A DNA stretch of 64,000 nucleotides from Nitrosopumilus sp. (GCA_046754145.1 JBHHVF010000001.1:5791-69790); one strand, 5' to 3'; positions 48,125-57,342 are shown, counted from the first letter of the stretch. Notes: a model not told the origin generated them from the letters alone. Numbers and translations are program-made.

Positions 48125-48532
48125 ATGAGTTGTCTTTTTTGTGATATTTTAGATGGAAAAAGAGATGGACATTTTCTATATGAAGATAATTCACACGTCT
48201 CATTTTTAGACAAGTATCCGATTGACGTTGGTCATAGTTTGCTTGTTCCTAGAAAACATCATGAAAAAATAACTGATATGACTCCTGAAGATGTTGGAAA
48301 TACTTTTGCACTTGTTCCAAAAATAGCAAATGCAATTTTAGATGTGACTGGTGCAGATGCATTTAGTCTTGGTCAGAATAATGGAAGAGCTGCTAAACAA
48401 ATTATTCCACATGTTCACATACACATCATTCCAAGATATAATCATAAAGGCACTGTATGGACAAAACGTCAAATCTCAAATGATGATGAACTCTCCGAAC
48501 TTGCAAAAAAAATTCGTAGTCTTCTTATTTAG
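48125..48532 (+). CDS. HIT-family nucleotide hydrolase/transferase
   Basis: HVHIHIIPR histidine triad. CLFC N-terminal motif. The ORF track starts at TTG 48113. Confidence 0.85.
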   Translation: MSCLFCDILDGKRDGHFLYEDNSHVSFLDKYPIDVGHSLLVPRKHHEKITDMTPEDVGNTFALVPKIANAILDVTGADAFSLGQNNGRAAKQIIPHVHIHIIPRYNHKGTVWTKRQISNDDELSELAKKIRSLLI

Positions 48533-49808
48533 CGTGACCAGGATTATACCTCAAAATTGCCCCAATTTTTCCAAGACTGGCAAGCATATTTCCGTGCTCT
48601 GCACTTCCAGAAACAACCTCTAATTGGGAGCCTGTTTTTGCTGCAAGTAATTCTAGATAATCTACAATATCTTGTTCGTTGACATCTACTTCCATTGCGT
48701 TACATCCTGGACATGGCTTGCTTGAATACTCTGTTTTTTTTGGAATGACTTGGGGTCTTTCTACAATCTCCTCTTGTGTGTGCTGACAACGCTTGCACTT
48801 TCCTTCGACTCTATGCAAATTTGTATTGTCTGTAATAATCAGAGTTTGAACAACATTATTTTTTAGATATTCAATGACTTCTTGTAATCCGTAGGATCCT
48901 TTTCCGGTATTTGCATTAATCTCCCTGAACAAACTTTCAACTAATTTCTTTTCTTCCACCATTCTGAAATCTCCTAAAATATCTGCAGACTTTGCAAATG
49001 CTTCTCTGATTCCTTCTGATCCTGAATATGATGAATCAATTGTAGATATGATGTTATTTTGTAATCTGTATTCTAAATAATTACCATTGATAAAATCCTC
49101 TTTTGTAGGCCCTGGACCTGAAATTATTAATCCTTTGACTGGATAAATATCGATGAAATATTCTCTTGTGGTTTGAGCTACTCTGTTGTAAAAATAACTT
49201 AATTCCATCTCTCTGAGCTTTTGAAATCTTTTTGCAGATTGACCCCCTTGTCTGTGTTTTCCTGCTACTCCTGAACCTGTTTGCCCTAATACCTCAATTT
49301 TATCTCCATGTAATAATCCCCAACCTGCATCTTTTGCATCAATTGCTAGAAATCCTATAAGATTGTCATCTTTTAGCATGTCTTTTAGAATGTCTACGTG
49401 GAAATGGTCATCACATCTGTAAAGATATTGATTCAGATCTTTTGGTGGATCTACTTCCCATACTGTAACAACTTCACTTCCTAAAGGGCCTCCTTCTTCT
49501 GGTGGCAATGCACCACAAAACATTACTAATCCTCTTTCAGGGGTTTTTTTGTATAGTTTTAGTCTTTGAACAACTTTACCTAAAGAATCTACTACATGTG
49601 ATCTTGTAAGATCTGACTTTATGTTATCTGCAGTACCTTGTTCTTGTTGAAGCGAACTGATAATCTCATGAAGTTGTTTCCCTTTTGGAATGTATACTGT
49701 AATGAGTTCTGTACCTCTACCTGACTTATGAGATAATTCTTCCAAGGTCTTTCTAATTTTATAGAGTTTAACTGAATCTTGTTTTTCTACATCTATCTTC
49801 TTCTTCAT
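48525..49808 (-). CDS. prf1: peptide chain release factor aRF1
   Basis: NIKS and GGQ (HRQGGQSAKRF) motifs. C-terminal zinc-ribbon insert (CKRC..CPGC). Confidence 0.95.
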   Translation of the reverse strand: MKKKIDVEKQDSVKLYKIRKTLEELSHKSGRGTELITVYIPKGKQLHEIISSLQQEQGTADNIKSDLTRSHVVDSLGKVVQRLKLYKKTPERGLVMFCGALPPEEGGPLGSEVVTVWEVDPPKDLNQYLYRCDDHFHVDILKDMLKDDNLIGFLAIDAKDAGWGLLHGDKIEVLGQTGSGVAGKHRQGGQSAKRFQKLREMELSYFYNRVAQTTREYFIDIYPVKGLIISGPGPTKEDFINGNYLEYRLQNNIISTIDSSYSGSEGIREAFAKSADILGDFRMVEEKKLVESLFREINANTGKGSYGLQEVIEYLKNNVVQTLIITDNTNLHRVEGKCKRCQHTQEEIVERPQVIPKKTEYSSKPCPGCNAMEVDVNEQDIVDYLELLAAKTGSQLEVVSGSAEHGNMLASLGKIGAILRYNPGHAK

Positions 49809-49835
49809 TTGTGTTTTCTCCTAATCGTGCGAATA

Positions 49836-50480
49836 TTATAATTCATCGAATGTTTTTAGAAACACTTCTAGTGGTTGATTTCCTCTAATTTTGATAATTT
49901 TTTGATCATTAAAGACAAAAAAAGATGGTGTTGCATCAATTCCAACCTCTTTTCCAAATTCATGGAGAGCATTGACCTTGTTTTGGTATTTATGCTCATC
50001 AAGACACATGTTGAATTCTATCAGATCCAAATCAACTATAGTTGCAAATCTATCAAGTGATTCTCTTGTAATCCATCCAGTTCTTTCGCCCCCCCAGTTT
50101 TTGTAAAGTTCATTATGATATTGCCAATATTTCACTTGATCTTCTGCACAATATGCGGCCTCTGCTGCTAGTAAAGAATCAGGCCCATTTAATGGAAAAT
50201 CTTTGAAGATTAATTTTACTTTGCCAGTTTTGATAAAATCTTCATTAATGATGTCTAATGTGTTTTGATGAAATTTGTAGCAAAATGTGCATTGATAATC
50301 CCCCCATTCTAAAATAGTAATTGGTGCATTTGAATTGCCCATTATTGGAGAGCCATTCTCAATTAATTTGGAAATAATTAGTAATTTTGAATCATTTTCT
50401 GATTCAGGATAAAATGTCAAAAAAATTCCTGTAATAATGCCTATTATCACTGGAATTGCTAAGAGGAATAGTTTTACCAT
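49836..50480 (-). CDS. DsbA-like thiol:disulfide oxidoreductase, membrane-anchored
   Basis: N-terminal TM. WGDYQCTFCYKFH thioredoxin-fold CxxC. Confidence 0.8.
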   Translation of the reverse strand: MVKLFLLAIPVIIGIITGIFLTFYPESENDSKLLIISKLIENGSPIMGNSNAPITILEWGDYQCTFCYKFHQNTLDIINEDFIKTGKVKLIFKDFPLNGPDSLLAAEAAYCAEDQVKYWQYHNELYKNWGGERTGWITRESLDRFATIVDLDLIEFNMCLDEHKYQNKVNALHEFGKEVGIDATPSFFVFNDQKIIKIRGNQPLEVFLKTFDEL

Positions 50481-50535
50481 AACCTGACGAAATTTGTTTC
50501 TAGTAAATAGCTTCTGTTAGAAGATGTTTTAAAAT

Positions 50536-51318
50536 CTAATACTTGTGAGTTTGTAAAACTGTCATTACCTCAGACAATCTTTCAGAAATCTCTTTTTCTT
50601 CTTGATTGAGATTAATTTTTTCTAATTTTTCAAAAAATGCTGTATTGTTTAACATGTGATCTAACACATCAAGTGAAAATGGTTTTTCTATTACTGCAAT
50701 TGCTCTGTCTAATCTTGTTAATACATCTAATAATGTTCTTTCAAGATATCCAGATGCAAAAATTATTCTTTGTTGTGGATTGATATTTAGAATTTCTACT
50801 GCAGCTTGTAATCCTGTCATAATTGGCATTTTTTGATCAAGTATTACTACATCAAAATAATTTTCTGATTGCTGTGAATTGTTTTTATTTTTATATACTT
50901 CAACACACTTGCGACCATCTGTTGTTGATGTGATTTCTTTGCCTTTTGCTTCCAAAAATGTCTCGTATAATTCTAAAATTGAAGGATCATCTTCAGCAAT
51001 TAGTACTCTCATTGGTCTTTCTACAATTGATTTTTCTTTTTGATGTATGTTCTCTCTCCCAATTTTTTCAATTTCTAATTTCACAGGATCTAAGATTTTT
51101 GAGGTTCCTAACCTTCCAAAAATTCCTTCAATTAACTCTGCAAATAACTCATAATTTGTAATGATTTCTTTTTCTTTTTTACCACAAATTTTTGTCATTG
51201 TTTCCATAATTGTCTTGTATCCATTTGCACCATGTAGATCAATTAATGATCCCTGAATAATCTCAGAAATCTGATTTTTGTATTTACTATCGTTTGGTTC
51301 TGTTCCTGAATCACTCAT
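50536..51318 (-). CDS. response regulator receiver-domain protein without a recognisable output domain
   Basis: RVLIAEDDPSIL .. DVVILDQKMPIMTG .. IFASGY receiver motifs, with a ~100-aa unknown N-terminal domain. Confidence 0.75.
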   Translation of the reverse strand: MSDSGTEPNDSKYKNQISEIIQGSLIDLHGANGYKTIMETMTKICGKKEKEIITNYELFAELIEGIFGRLGTSKILDPVKLEIEKIGRENIHQKEKSIVERPMRVLIAEDDPSILELYETFLEAKGKEITSTTDGRKCVEVYKNKNNSQQSENYFDVVILDQKMPIMTGLQAAVEILNINPQQRIIFASGYLERTLLDVLTRLDRAIAVIEKPFSLDVLDHMLNNTAFFEKLEKINLNQEEKEISERLSEVMTVLQTHKY

Positions 51319-51436
51319 TTTCAGATTTTTTTAGGATAAAACATATCAAAAGTAACAGTGTGTTAGATCTCGGAATAACAGACCTCTCAAGCCCAAATGT
51401 GACTTTCTTTATAAGCTGATGAACTCATCCAAGAGC

Positions 51437-51446
51437 TTAAATATAT
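51437..51446 (+). promoter_or_regulatory. TATA box (TTAAATATAT) for cbtB
   Basis: Centre ~25 nt upstream of ATG 51466. Confidence 0.5.
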
Positions 51447-51465
51447 TCAGACAAGAATATTTTTC

Positions 51466-51681
51466 ATGTCTGAATCAAGACAAATTAATGTCTCTACAAC
51501 CGGTGTTTCAAAAATAGCAATACTGGTATTGGCTATAGTCTTTGCAGCAGGATTATTTGTTGTAGGTTTTGATCAAGGACATATCTTTAGTTTGGTTTAT
51601 GGTGAACAAGCATTTACTGATCTTTACATCCATGAACTTACTCACGATATGAGACATGCTGCAGGATTCCCTTGTCATTAG
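51466..51681 (+). CDS. cbtB: CbtB, small subunit of putative cobalt transporter
   Basis: One TM plus the C-terminal HELTHDMRHAAGFPCH, which matches the CbtB signature (H..HD.RH..GFPCH). Confidence 0.75.
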   Translation: MSESRQINVSTTGVSKIAILVLAIVFAAGLFVVGFDQGHIFSLVYGEQAFTDLYIHELTHDMRHAAGFPCH

Positions 51682-51693
51682 GGGTTTAATCTC

Positions 51694-52425
51694 GTGAAAA
51701 CATCTTATTTTATCATAATTGTTTTAATTTCAGGTGCACTTGCAGGTCTCATTCATGGCTCAGTAAATTTTGCAATAGTAGAACCATATCTTGATGAAGC
51801 AATTGGAATTGAAAATCAGAATCTGTTTGCATCAGGTGAAGAAAACAATACTCCTGAATTTTGGGTAGAATATGAGGGATATAGAGTCTGGCAAAAAAGT
51901 GGTCAGATTCTTGCTGGAATAATTTTAGGAACCTCTGTTGGTGCATTGTTTGGAATCGTATTTGCATTATCTAAAAACTCGTTACCAGGAAACAGTGATA
52001 TCAAAAAGTCACTTGTTTTGGCTGGAATTATGTGGTTTACAATGTATCTGATTCCATTTCTCAAATATCCTGCAAACCCACCTACTGTTGGTGATGGTGA
52101 AACTGTAGTGCTTAGAGCAATACTGTATCTTTCTTTTATTGCAATTTCTGGATTAGGAGCAGTTGGTTTTTACAAACTATCAAAGAAATTCAAAAACAGG
52201 AAGAAACTTGTAGCGCTGATTGCTTACGGTGTTTTTATCTCCACTACTTTCTTTGTAATGCCAGAAAACCCTGATGAAATTACTGCTCCTATGAATTTGG
52301 TAAATGAGTTTAGAATAATGTCTGTCCTTGGAGTCACATCTTTTTGGGTTTCAATAGGTTTTATTCTTGGATTCTTTTGGAATCGATTTATTTCTCATAA
52401 AGAGACTACTGAATTTTATAACTAA
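51694..52425 (+). CDS. cbtA: CbtA, large subunit of putative cobalt transporter
   Basis: ~240-aa polytopic protein immediately downstream of cbtB. Size and topology are as in CbtA. GTG start. Confidence 0.7.
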   Translation: MKTSYFIIIVLISGALAGLIHGSVNFAIVEPYLDEAIGIENQNLFASGEENNTPEFWVEYEGYRVWQKSGQILAGIILGTSVGALFGIVFALSKNSLPGNSDIKKSLVLAGIMWFTMYLIPFLKYPANPPTVGDGETVVLRAILYLSFIAISGLGAVGFYKLSKKFKNRKKLVALIAYGVFISTTFFVMPENPDEITAPMNLVNEFRIMSVLGVTSFWVSIGFILGFFWNRFISHKETTEFYN

Positions 52426-52450
52426 TTGTTCTAACTCTCTAGAATGAGAA
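52426..52450 (+). promoter_or_regulatory. operator-like repeat, left copy (TTGTTCTAACTCTCTAGAATGAGAA)
   Basis: Its reverse complement matches 53209-53230 at 21 of 22 positions. Contains TAGAATGA and lies just upstream of the TATA at 52464. Confidence 0.55.
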
Positions 52451-52463
52451 TAAAACCATGTTG

Positions 52464-52471
52464 TTTAAATA
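52464..52471 (+). promoter_or_regulatory. TATA box within GTTTAAATAAC, promoter of the tandem wHTH genes
   Basis: The same 11-mer GTTTAAATAAC recurs at the phnD promoter. ~29 nt upstream of ATG 52496. Confidence 0.55.
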
Positions 52472-52495
52472 ACCTACAATGTTTTTGCTATTTGC

Positions 52496-52825
52496 ATGTC
52501 AAGAAGATTAACTTTACCACAATTAAAAAAATATGATATTACTCAAAAAGTAATAGAAGCATTAGCTGATTCTGAATCCCGCGCAATTTTATTTACTATT
52601 ATTAAAAAAGGAAATACTGCTGCCGAACTTTCTGATAAACTCAAAATCCCTCTTAGCTCTGTTTACAAAAAATTATCTGACTTGGAAGAACTTACATTAA
52701 TTGCAGTTGAAAAGTGGATGATATCTGATAAAGGTAGAAAATTCAAAGTTTACCGAAGTAGAATAAGTAAAGCTGATATCTCCATTAAGAAACCTGAACC
52801 CACACTTACATTGATTCCTAATTGA
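52496..52825 (+). CDS. ArsR/small wHTH-family transcriptional regulator (paralog 1)
   Basis: ESRAILFTIIKKGNTAAELSDKLKIPLSSVYKKLSDLEELTLI wHTH. Confidence 0.65.
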   Translation: MSRRLTLPQLKKYDITQKVIEALADSESRAILFTIIKKGNTAAELSDKLKIPLSSVYKKLSDLEELTLIAVEKWMISDKGRKFKVYRSRISKADISIKKPEPTLTLIPN

Positions 52826-53185
52826 GTGATTTTGATGTCAAAGCCAAACATTATTCAATTATCTGAATTTGATATAACTCAAAAAATCATTGAATCCCTT
52901 AGCAATGTATGTACTAGAGCGGTATTATTCTCAGTTAAAAATGAGTCAAAAGATGCAACACAAATTGCAGAAGAATTACAGATTTCGCTGTCTACTGTTT
53001 ACAAAACATTGTCTAATCTAGAAGATCTTACCCTTGTTGAGATAGACAAGTATGTAATTTCATCAGAAGGTAAAAAGATCAAACAATATCGTAGCCGAAT
53101 CGGTAAAGTAGAAATCACTTTAGAGGCTCCTGAGCCTAGTTTGAATTTGTATCCAAATACAGAAAATCCTAAATCTCATCTTTAG
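52826..53185 (+). CDS. ArsR/small wHTH-family transcriptional regulator (paralog 2)
   Basis: CTRAVLFSVKNESKDATQIAEELQISLSTVYKTLSNLEDLTLV. Collinear similarity to paralog 1 throughout. GTG 52826 or ATG 52835 start. Confidence 0.65.
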   Translation: MILMSKPNIIQLSEFDITQKIIESLSNVCTRAVLFSVKNESKDATQIAEELQISLSTVYKTLSNLEDLTLVEIDKYVISSEGKKIKQYRSRIGKVEITLEAPEPSLNLYPNTENPKSHL

Positions 53186-53208
53186 AATTTATTTTTTTTA
53201 GAACAATG

Positions 53209-53230
53209 TTCTCATTCTATAGAGTTAGAA
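53209..53230 (+). promoter_or_regulatory. operator-like repeat, right copy (TTCTCATTCTATAGAGTTAGAA), inverted relative to the left copy
   Basis: 21/22 match to the reverse complement of 52429-52450. Flanked by the palindrome AGAACAATGTTCT (53200-53212) and TAGAATGA at 53226 and 53239. Confidence 0.55.
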
Positions 53231-53254
53231 TGATTATTTAGAATGAAAATCTGG

Positions 53255-53262
53255 TTTAAATA
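53255..53262 (+). promoter_or_regulatory. TATA box within GTTTAAATAAC, promoter of phnDCE
   Basis: 22-35 nt upstream of the candidate starts ATG 53280 / ATG 53292. Confidence 0.55.
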
Positions 53263-53279
53263 ACTTAGCTTGTCCTAAG

Positions 53280-54377
53280 ATGTTCAGTAATATGAAACAA
53301 CAAATGATTGTAACAATAATTGCTGTTATTGCAGCAGTTGGTGTTGCGACTATACCATTGTCTCAACATGCTCAAGCAGAAGGCTTAGTTCCTGATTGGA
53401 TCAAAACCAATGCAGGCTGGTGGGCTGATGGCACTGTGGATGATGTCACATTTCTAAATGGTATAACATACCTAGTAGAAAATGATATCATTGATGTTTC
53501 TGAATCAGAACTAATCGATGTTGATACTGTCACTATTGGATTCATTCCAGTTGAAAAGGCTGATGAACTAACTCCAAAAGCTCAGGCATTAGAACAATTC
53601 CTTGAAAGTGAATTAGGTATTGATGTTGAGGTAGTTGTTCCAACAAATTATGAAACCATTATCGAAGGTATGCGTTTTGGCCATATTGATGCTGCCTTTA
53701 TGGATACTGGGCCTGCATGGATTACCCATCAAAGAACAGGTGCAGAAGCTGTATTGGCAGAACTTGTTAAAGGAAAAGTAAACTATCAAGCAACAGTATG
53801 GACTCTAGCTGAAAATGATTCTCTTCAATCCATTGAAGACACAGTTGGTAAAAAAGTTGCTTTTACTAGCATTACTGGTTCATCTGGTTTTGTAAGACCT
53901 ATGGGAACTCTAGTTACTAATGGTTATGTAACCATTGAAGGTGATGATATTATTGCCTTAGAATCTGCATTAGCAAATAACTTTGAGAGTTATACTTTTG
54001 CAGGTGGATACAAAGCAGCATTAGAATTATTACTTAATGGAAATGTCGATGTAGCATTTGGTTCAGATATTGCTCCTCAAAAATATCTTGAATTAGAGGA
54101 TCAAGTAAAATTACGTCCAGTTACTACAATTGGACCCGTTCCATCACATGTGTTTATGGTAAGTGCTGATATGTCAGAGCCTACCAAAGATGCACTTGTA
54201 GATGCACTTGTCGAACTCAATTATGATGAACACAACTCCATTTTGACTGATTTGTATGGTGCTGAAGCACTTGTTCCAACAACTACTACAATGCATATAG
54301 GTGAATTTGGAACATTTATCGATAGTTTGACAGGACTAGATCAATTAATTCTTGATAAGCATAACAAGAGCAAATAA
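53280..54377 (+). CDS. phnD: phosphonate/phosphite ABC transporter substrate-binding protein with extra N-terminal Trp-rich module
   Basis: PhnD-like core (TIGFIPVEKADEL.., IIEGMRFGHIDAAFM, FTSITGSSGFVRP). Signal/TM, then LVPDWIKTNAGWWADGTVDDVTFLNGITYLVENDII. Confidence 0.8.
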   Translation: MFSNMKQQMIVTIIAVIAAVGVATIPLSQHAQAEGLVPDWIKTNAGWWADGTVDDVTFLNGITYLVENDIIDVSESELIDVDTVTIGFIPVEKADELTPKAQALEQFLESELGIDVEVVVPTNYETIIEGMRFGHIDAAFMDTGPAWITHQRTGAEAVLAELVKGKVNYQATVWTLAENDSLQSIEDTVGKKVAFTSITGSSGFVRPMGTLVTNGYVTIEGDDIIALESALANNFESYTFAGGYKAALELLLNGNVDVAFGSDIAPQKYLELEDQVKLRPVTTIGPVPSHVFMVSADMSEPTKDALVDALVELNYDEHNSILTDLYGAEALVPTTTTMHIGEFGTFIDSLTGLDQLILDKHNKSK

Positions 54378-54394
54378 AACCCGGGATTCTGATA

Positions 54395-55225
54395 ATGAAA
54401 CAAATTCAGATGACCGCAAACCCTTCTTTTTCATCAATTTCTACAAAGAAAATTATTCAGATGAATGATGTTTGGACATCTTATGATTCCAAAAACTTTG
54501 CATTAGAAGGAATTAACATATCCATTGATAGAGGAACCAATTACGCAATTATAGGACAGTCTGGTTCTGGAAAATCCACTTTGCTCAAATTAATGAATGG
54601 AATGATGATTCCTAGCAAAGGAACAATCAAAATTGATTATGTTACTCCAAACATGAATGAGAAAAAATTCAAAAATATGATGCATACAATTGGTTACATT
54701 CCTCAAAGTCTTGGGCTGGTAAAAAATAGCACAGTTCTTGAAAATACTCTTCTTGGTGCATTACCTAGACTAACAAAAATTCAATCTTTGTTTAAACGAT
54801 TTCCAGAACATGAAATTCAAGAAGCTAAAAGAATTCTAAATCTGGTAGGACTATCTGGAAAAGAAGATAGAAAAGCCTACATGCTCAGTGGTGGTGAAAA
54901 GAGAAGAGTTGCCATTGCAAGAGCATTAATGCAAAAACCTACAATATTGTTGGCAGATGAAATCGTTTCAGAATTAGACTATGTTACTGCACATGAAATT
55001 ATGGATTTGATTGCAGATGCTCAAAAACGAATGAATCTAACTTCAATCATGGTTCATCATGATATGCAATTAGCCTTAGAGTATGCTAACAGAGTTGCAG
55101 TTATCAAAGAAGGACAAAAGATTCTAGAAATTGGAGTTGAAGGTGATACCATAGTTGATTTTCAAACAGGTGATATGACTACTGAACAGATTATGGAGAT
55201 GTATGCTGATGACCCCCAAAAATAA
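54395..55225 (+). CDS. phnC: phosphonate ABC transporter ATP-binding protein
   Basis: Walker A GQSGSGKST, signature LSGGEKRRVAIARAL, Walker B ILLADE. Confidence 0.85.
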   Translation: MKQIQMTANPSFSSISTKKIIQMNDVWTSYDSKNFALEGINISIDRGTNYAIIGQSGSGKSTLLKLMNGMMIPSKGTIKIDYVTPNMNEKKFKNMMHTIGYIPQSLGLVKNSTVLENTLLGALPRLTKIQSLFKRFPEHEIQEAKRILNLVGLSGKEDRKAYMLSGGEKRRVAIARALMQKPTILLADEIVSELDYVTAHEIMDLIADAQKRMNLTSIMVHHDMQLALEYANRVAVIKEGQKILEIGVEGDTIVDFQTGDMTTEQIMEMYADDPQK

Positions 55226-55994
55226 CATCGTAATTGGAATTATAATTGGATTAGTAGTAATTGCATCTTATAATGTTGAAGCAAACCCAATCGAATTTGT
55301 TGAAGGGTTGCCTAATCTTGCAATTGTTGTTGAAGAAATTCTACTTGTCGAACCAAAATATATTCCAACTGCTCTTTGGGCAATGTTTGAAACAATTCAA
55401 ATGGCTTTTATTGGAACTATAGTTGGTTTTGCAATTGCATTGCCATTAAGTTTACTTTCTGCAAGAAATCTTAACAGCAAATACGTTTATGCCCCTGTTC
55501 GAGCAATTCTGGCAGCTATTCGTACATTTCCATCAATCTTATGGGCAATCTTATTTGTGATCATGGTTGGTCTTGGTCCATTTGCAGGTGTCTTGGCAAT
55601 TATCATGTATACTATAGGATTTGTTGCAAAATTACAATACGAATCAATTGAGACCATTGATTCTGATCCTATGGATGCTGTAAGTTCTATTGGTGTTTCA
55701 AAATGGCAATTAATCCGATATGTTGTAATTCCAGAGTCTGCTTCTCATCTTCTTAGTCAAATACTTTACATGTTTGATTACAACATTCGTCAAACCAGCA
55801 TACTTGGATTAGTAGGTGCAGGTGGAATTGGATTTTATATTATTAATTATATCAAATTCTTTGAGTATGGAAAAGCAGCAGTCTTCATGTTGGTAGTGCT
55901 GATTACCGTTTTGATAATTGATTGGGTTAGTGTCAAGATACGAGACAAGTATATCATTAAATCTCAACACGGAATGGAAGTTACAGCAAAATAA
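55203..55994 (+). CDS. phnE: phosphonate ABC transporter permease
   Basis: Polytopic permease with PhnE-like pattern (ETIQMAFIGT.., AIRTFPSILWAILFV). Overlaps phnC by 23 nt. Confidence 0.8.
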   Translation: MLMTPKNNIVIGIIIGLVVIASYNVEANPIEFVEGLPNLAIVVEEILLVEPKYIPTALWAMFETIQMAFIGTIVGFAIALPLSLLSARNLNSKYVYAPVRAILAAIRTFPSILWAILFVIMVGLGPFAGVLAIIMYTIGFVAKLQYESIETIDSDPMDAVSSIGVSKWQLIRYVVIPESASHLLSQILYMFDYNIRQTSILGLVGAGGIGFYIINYIKFFEYGKAAVFMLVVLITVLIIDWVSVKIRDKYIIKSQHGMEVTAK

Positions 55995-55996
55995 TT

Positions 55997-57022
55997 TTAG
56001 GTTATAATTTTATCAAGTTGATTTGATTCAACTGCTGTTTTTACTTCTCTTGCCATTCTTTTACCCATACTCATAGGCTCATTAAACAAGAGTGAATAGT
56101 ATGGAGAACCATCCATGTAGATGTTGGTTCCTGCAACAATTCTTGCTGAGAATTCAAATGATGTAAATTTTGTATTCTCATCATAAACCCCTTCAATACA
56201 AAATGGACCATTCATACCCGGTGATACTAACCTTCTAGATGCTTCAACAAAATTTTCTCCCATGTTGTATACTTCATCTAATAGTGACTCTCTTAGAACA
56301 AGAGGACTGTTCCCAATTACATTAAATGATGGAACCTTGTCTGATTTTAGTTGCTGTTCTGATGGAATTCTAGACAATCCTTCAATATCTGATTCGTGTC
56401 TTTGATCAACCCCGAAGAATTCTAACTCATCTTTTAGTGGAGAATAAAAGAATTGTAAGTATGCCAAAACCCCTGCTGCATATTCTTGAATGTAAAGTGT
56501 TTCATCTTTTGAAATCACTCCTTGAGAAATCAATTGATTTCTTTTTGTATTATAATCATCTTCATTTGCTGCCATAAAATATCCTTTTCCACCAGCCGCT
56601 CCTTGTCTTTTCACAATCACTAATTTATTGATGTCTTTAGGATCTGATACTGGTGTTGGAACAGGAAGATTTGCTTCTCTCATGAGTTTTTCTTTCATCT
56701 CTCTGTCTGATTCCCATCTTAGAATCCATTTGTTTCCAAAAACAGGAGTCTTGATTGATTCAATCTCTTCAGAACTCATTTGTGCAATTAATGTACCGTG
56801 TGGAATCAAAACTGCATCATTTTGTTCTAAGGTTGACTGAGTTTTTTGGTCTAGTATTTCTTTAAAAGAATCTACTAAAATTAATTCATCAATAAATGGA
56901 AATCTTTTGTAAAGTTTTTCACGTTTTTTTTCACACACCAACATTGTCTTTAGACCCTCATCTTTTGCCCCCTTGAGAACTTGAAGAGCACAATGAGAAC
57001 CAAGTGTGGCAATTGCTGTCAT
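55997..57022 (-). CDS. purP: 5-formaminoimidazole-4-carboxamide ribonucleotide (FAICAR) synthetase PurP (ATP-grasp)
   Basis: IATLGSHCALQVLKGAKDEGLKT N-terminus is typical of archaeal PurP. Confidence 0.85.
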   Translation of the reverse strand: MTAIATLGSHCALQVLKGAKDEGLKTMLVCEKKREKLYKRFPFIDELILVDSFKEILDQKTQSTLEQNDAVLIPHGTLIAQMSSEEIESIKTPVFGNKWILRWESDREMKEKLMREANLPVPTPVSDPKDINKLVIVKRQGAAGGKGYFMAANEDDYNTKRNQLISQGVISKDETLYIQEYAAGVLAYLQFFYSPLKDELEFFGVDQRHESDIEGLSRIPSEQQLKSDKVPSFNVIGNSPLVLRESLLDEVYNMGENFVEASRRLVSPGMNGPFCIEGVYDENTKFTSFEFSARIVAGTNIYMDGSPYYSLLFNEPMSMGKRMAREVKTAVESNQLDKIIT

Positions 57023-57049
57023 GTTATGTTTTTTCTAACTCTTTGTACT

Positions 57050-57259
57050 TTATGAACTATGTGAGGATGTAACATATTGAAAAATTTCATCTATCAACTC
57101 TACGCTCAATTCTGATTTGATATCTTCTGGAACTACCTTTAGCACAAAATCATACATGGTTGTATTTTTTGGAAGTTCTTCTCTTTCTTGTAATAAAGAA
57201 AAAACTGCAATACCGTTTGAGATTATTGCTACCATCTTTTCTTTGTCAGTAAGAGCCAT
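57050..57259 (-). CDS. hypothetical protein
   Basis: ORF only. Confidence 0.35.
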   Translation of the reverse strand: MALTDKEKMVAIISNGIAVFSLLQEREELPKNTTMYDFVLKVVPEDIKSELSVELIDEIFQYVTSSHSS

Positions 57260-57342
57260 GAATTCATTGAGGAATTAGAGTAATTTAATGTAAATCTAGC
57301 AGTGAAAAATTAATACCCCATCTAAATGGAGTAATGTGAATT

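Noticed and set aside
51319-51465. Cobalamin riboswitch upstream of cbtB.
   Set aside because: The spacer is short and AT-rich. The TATA box is only ~25 nt from the ATG, leaving no 5' UTR. No B12-box-like conserved GC-rich core was seen.
52426-53230. The inverted repeat pair interpreted as terminal inverted repeats of a mobile cassette carrying the two wHTH genes.
   Set aside because: There is no transposase and no target-site duplication visible at the outer edges. Both repeats sit at fixed distances from duplicated promoter elements, which fits operators better. A genome-wide copy count would settle the question.
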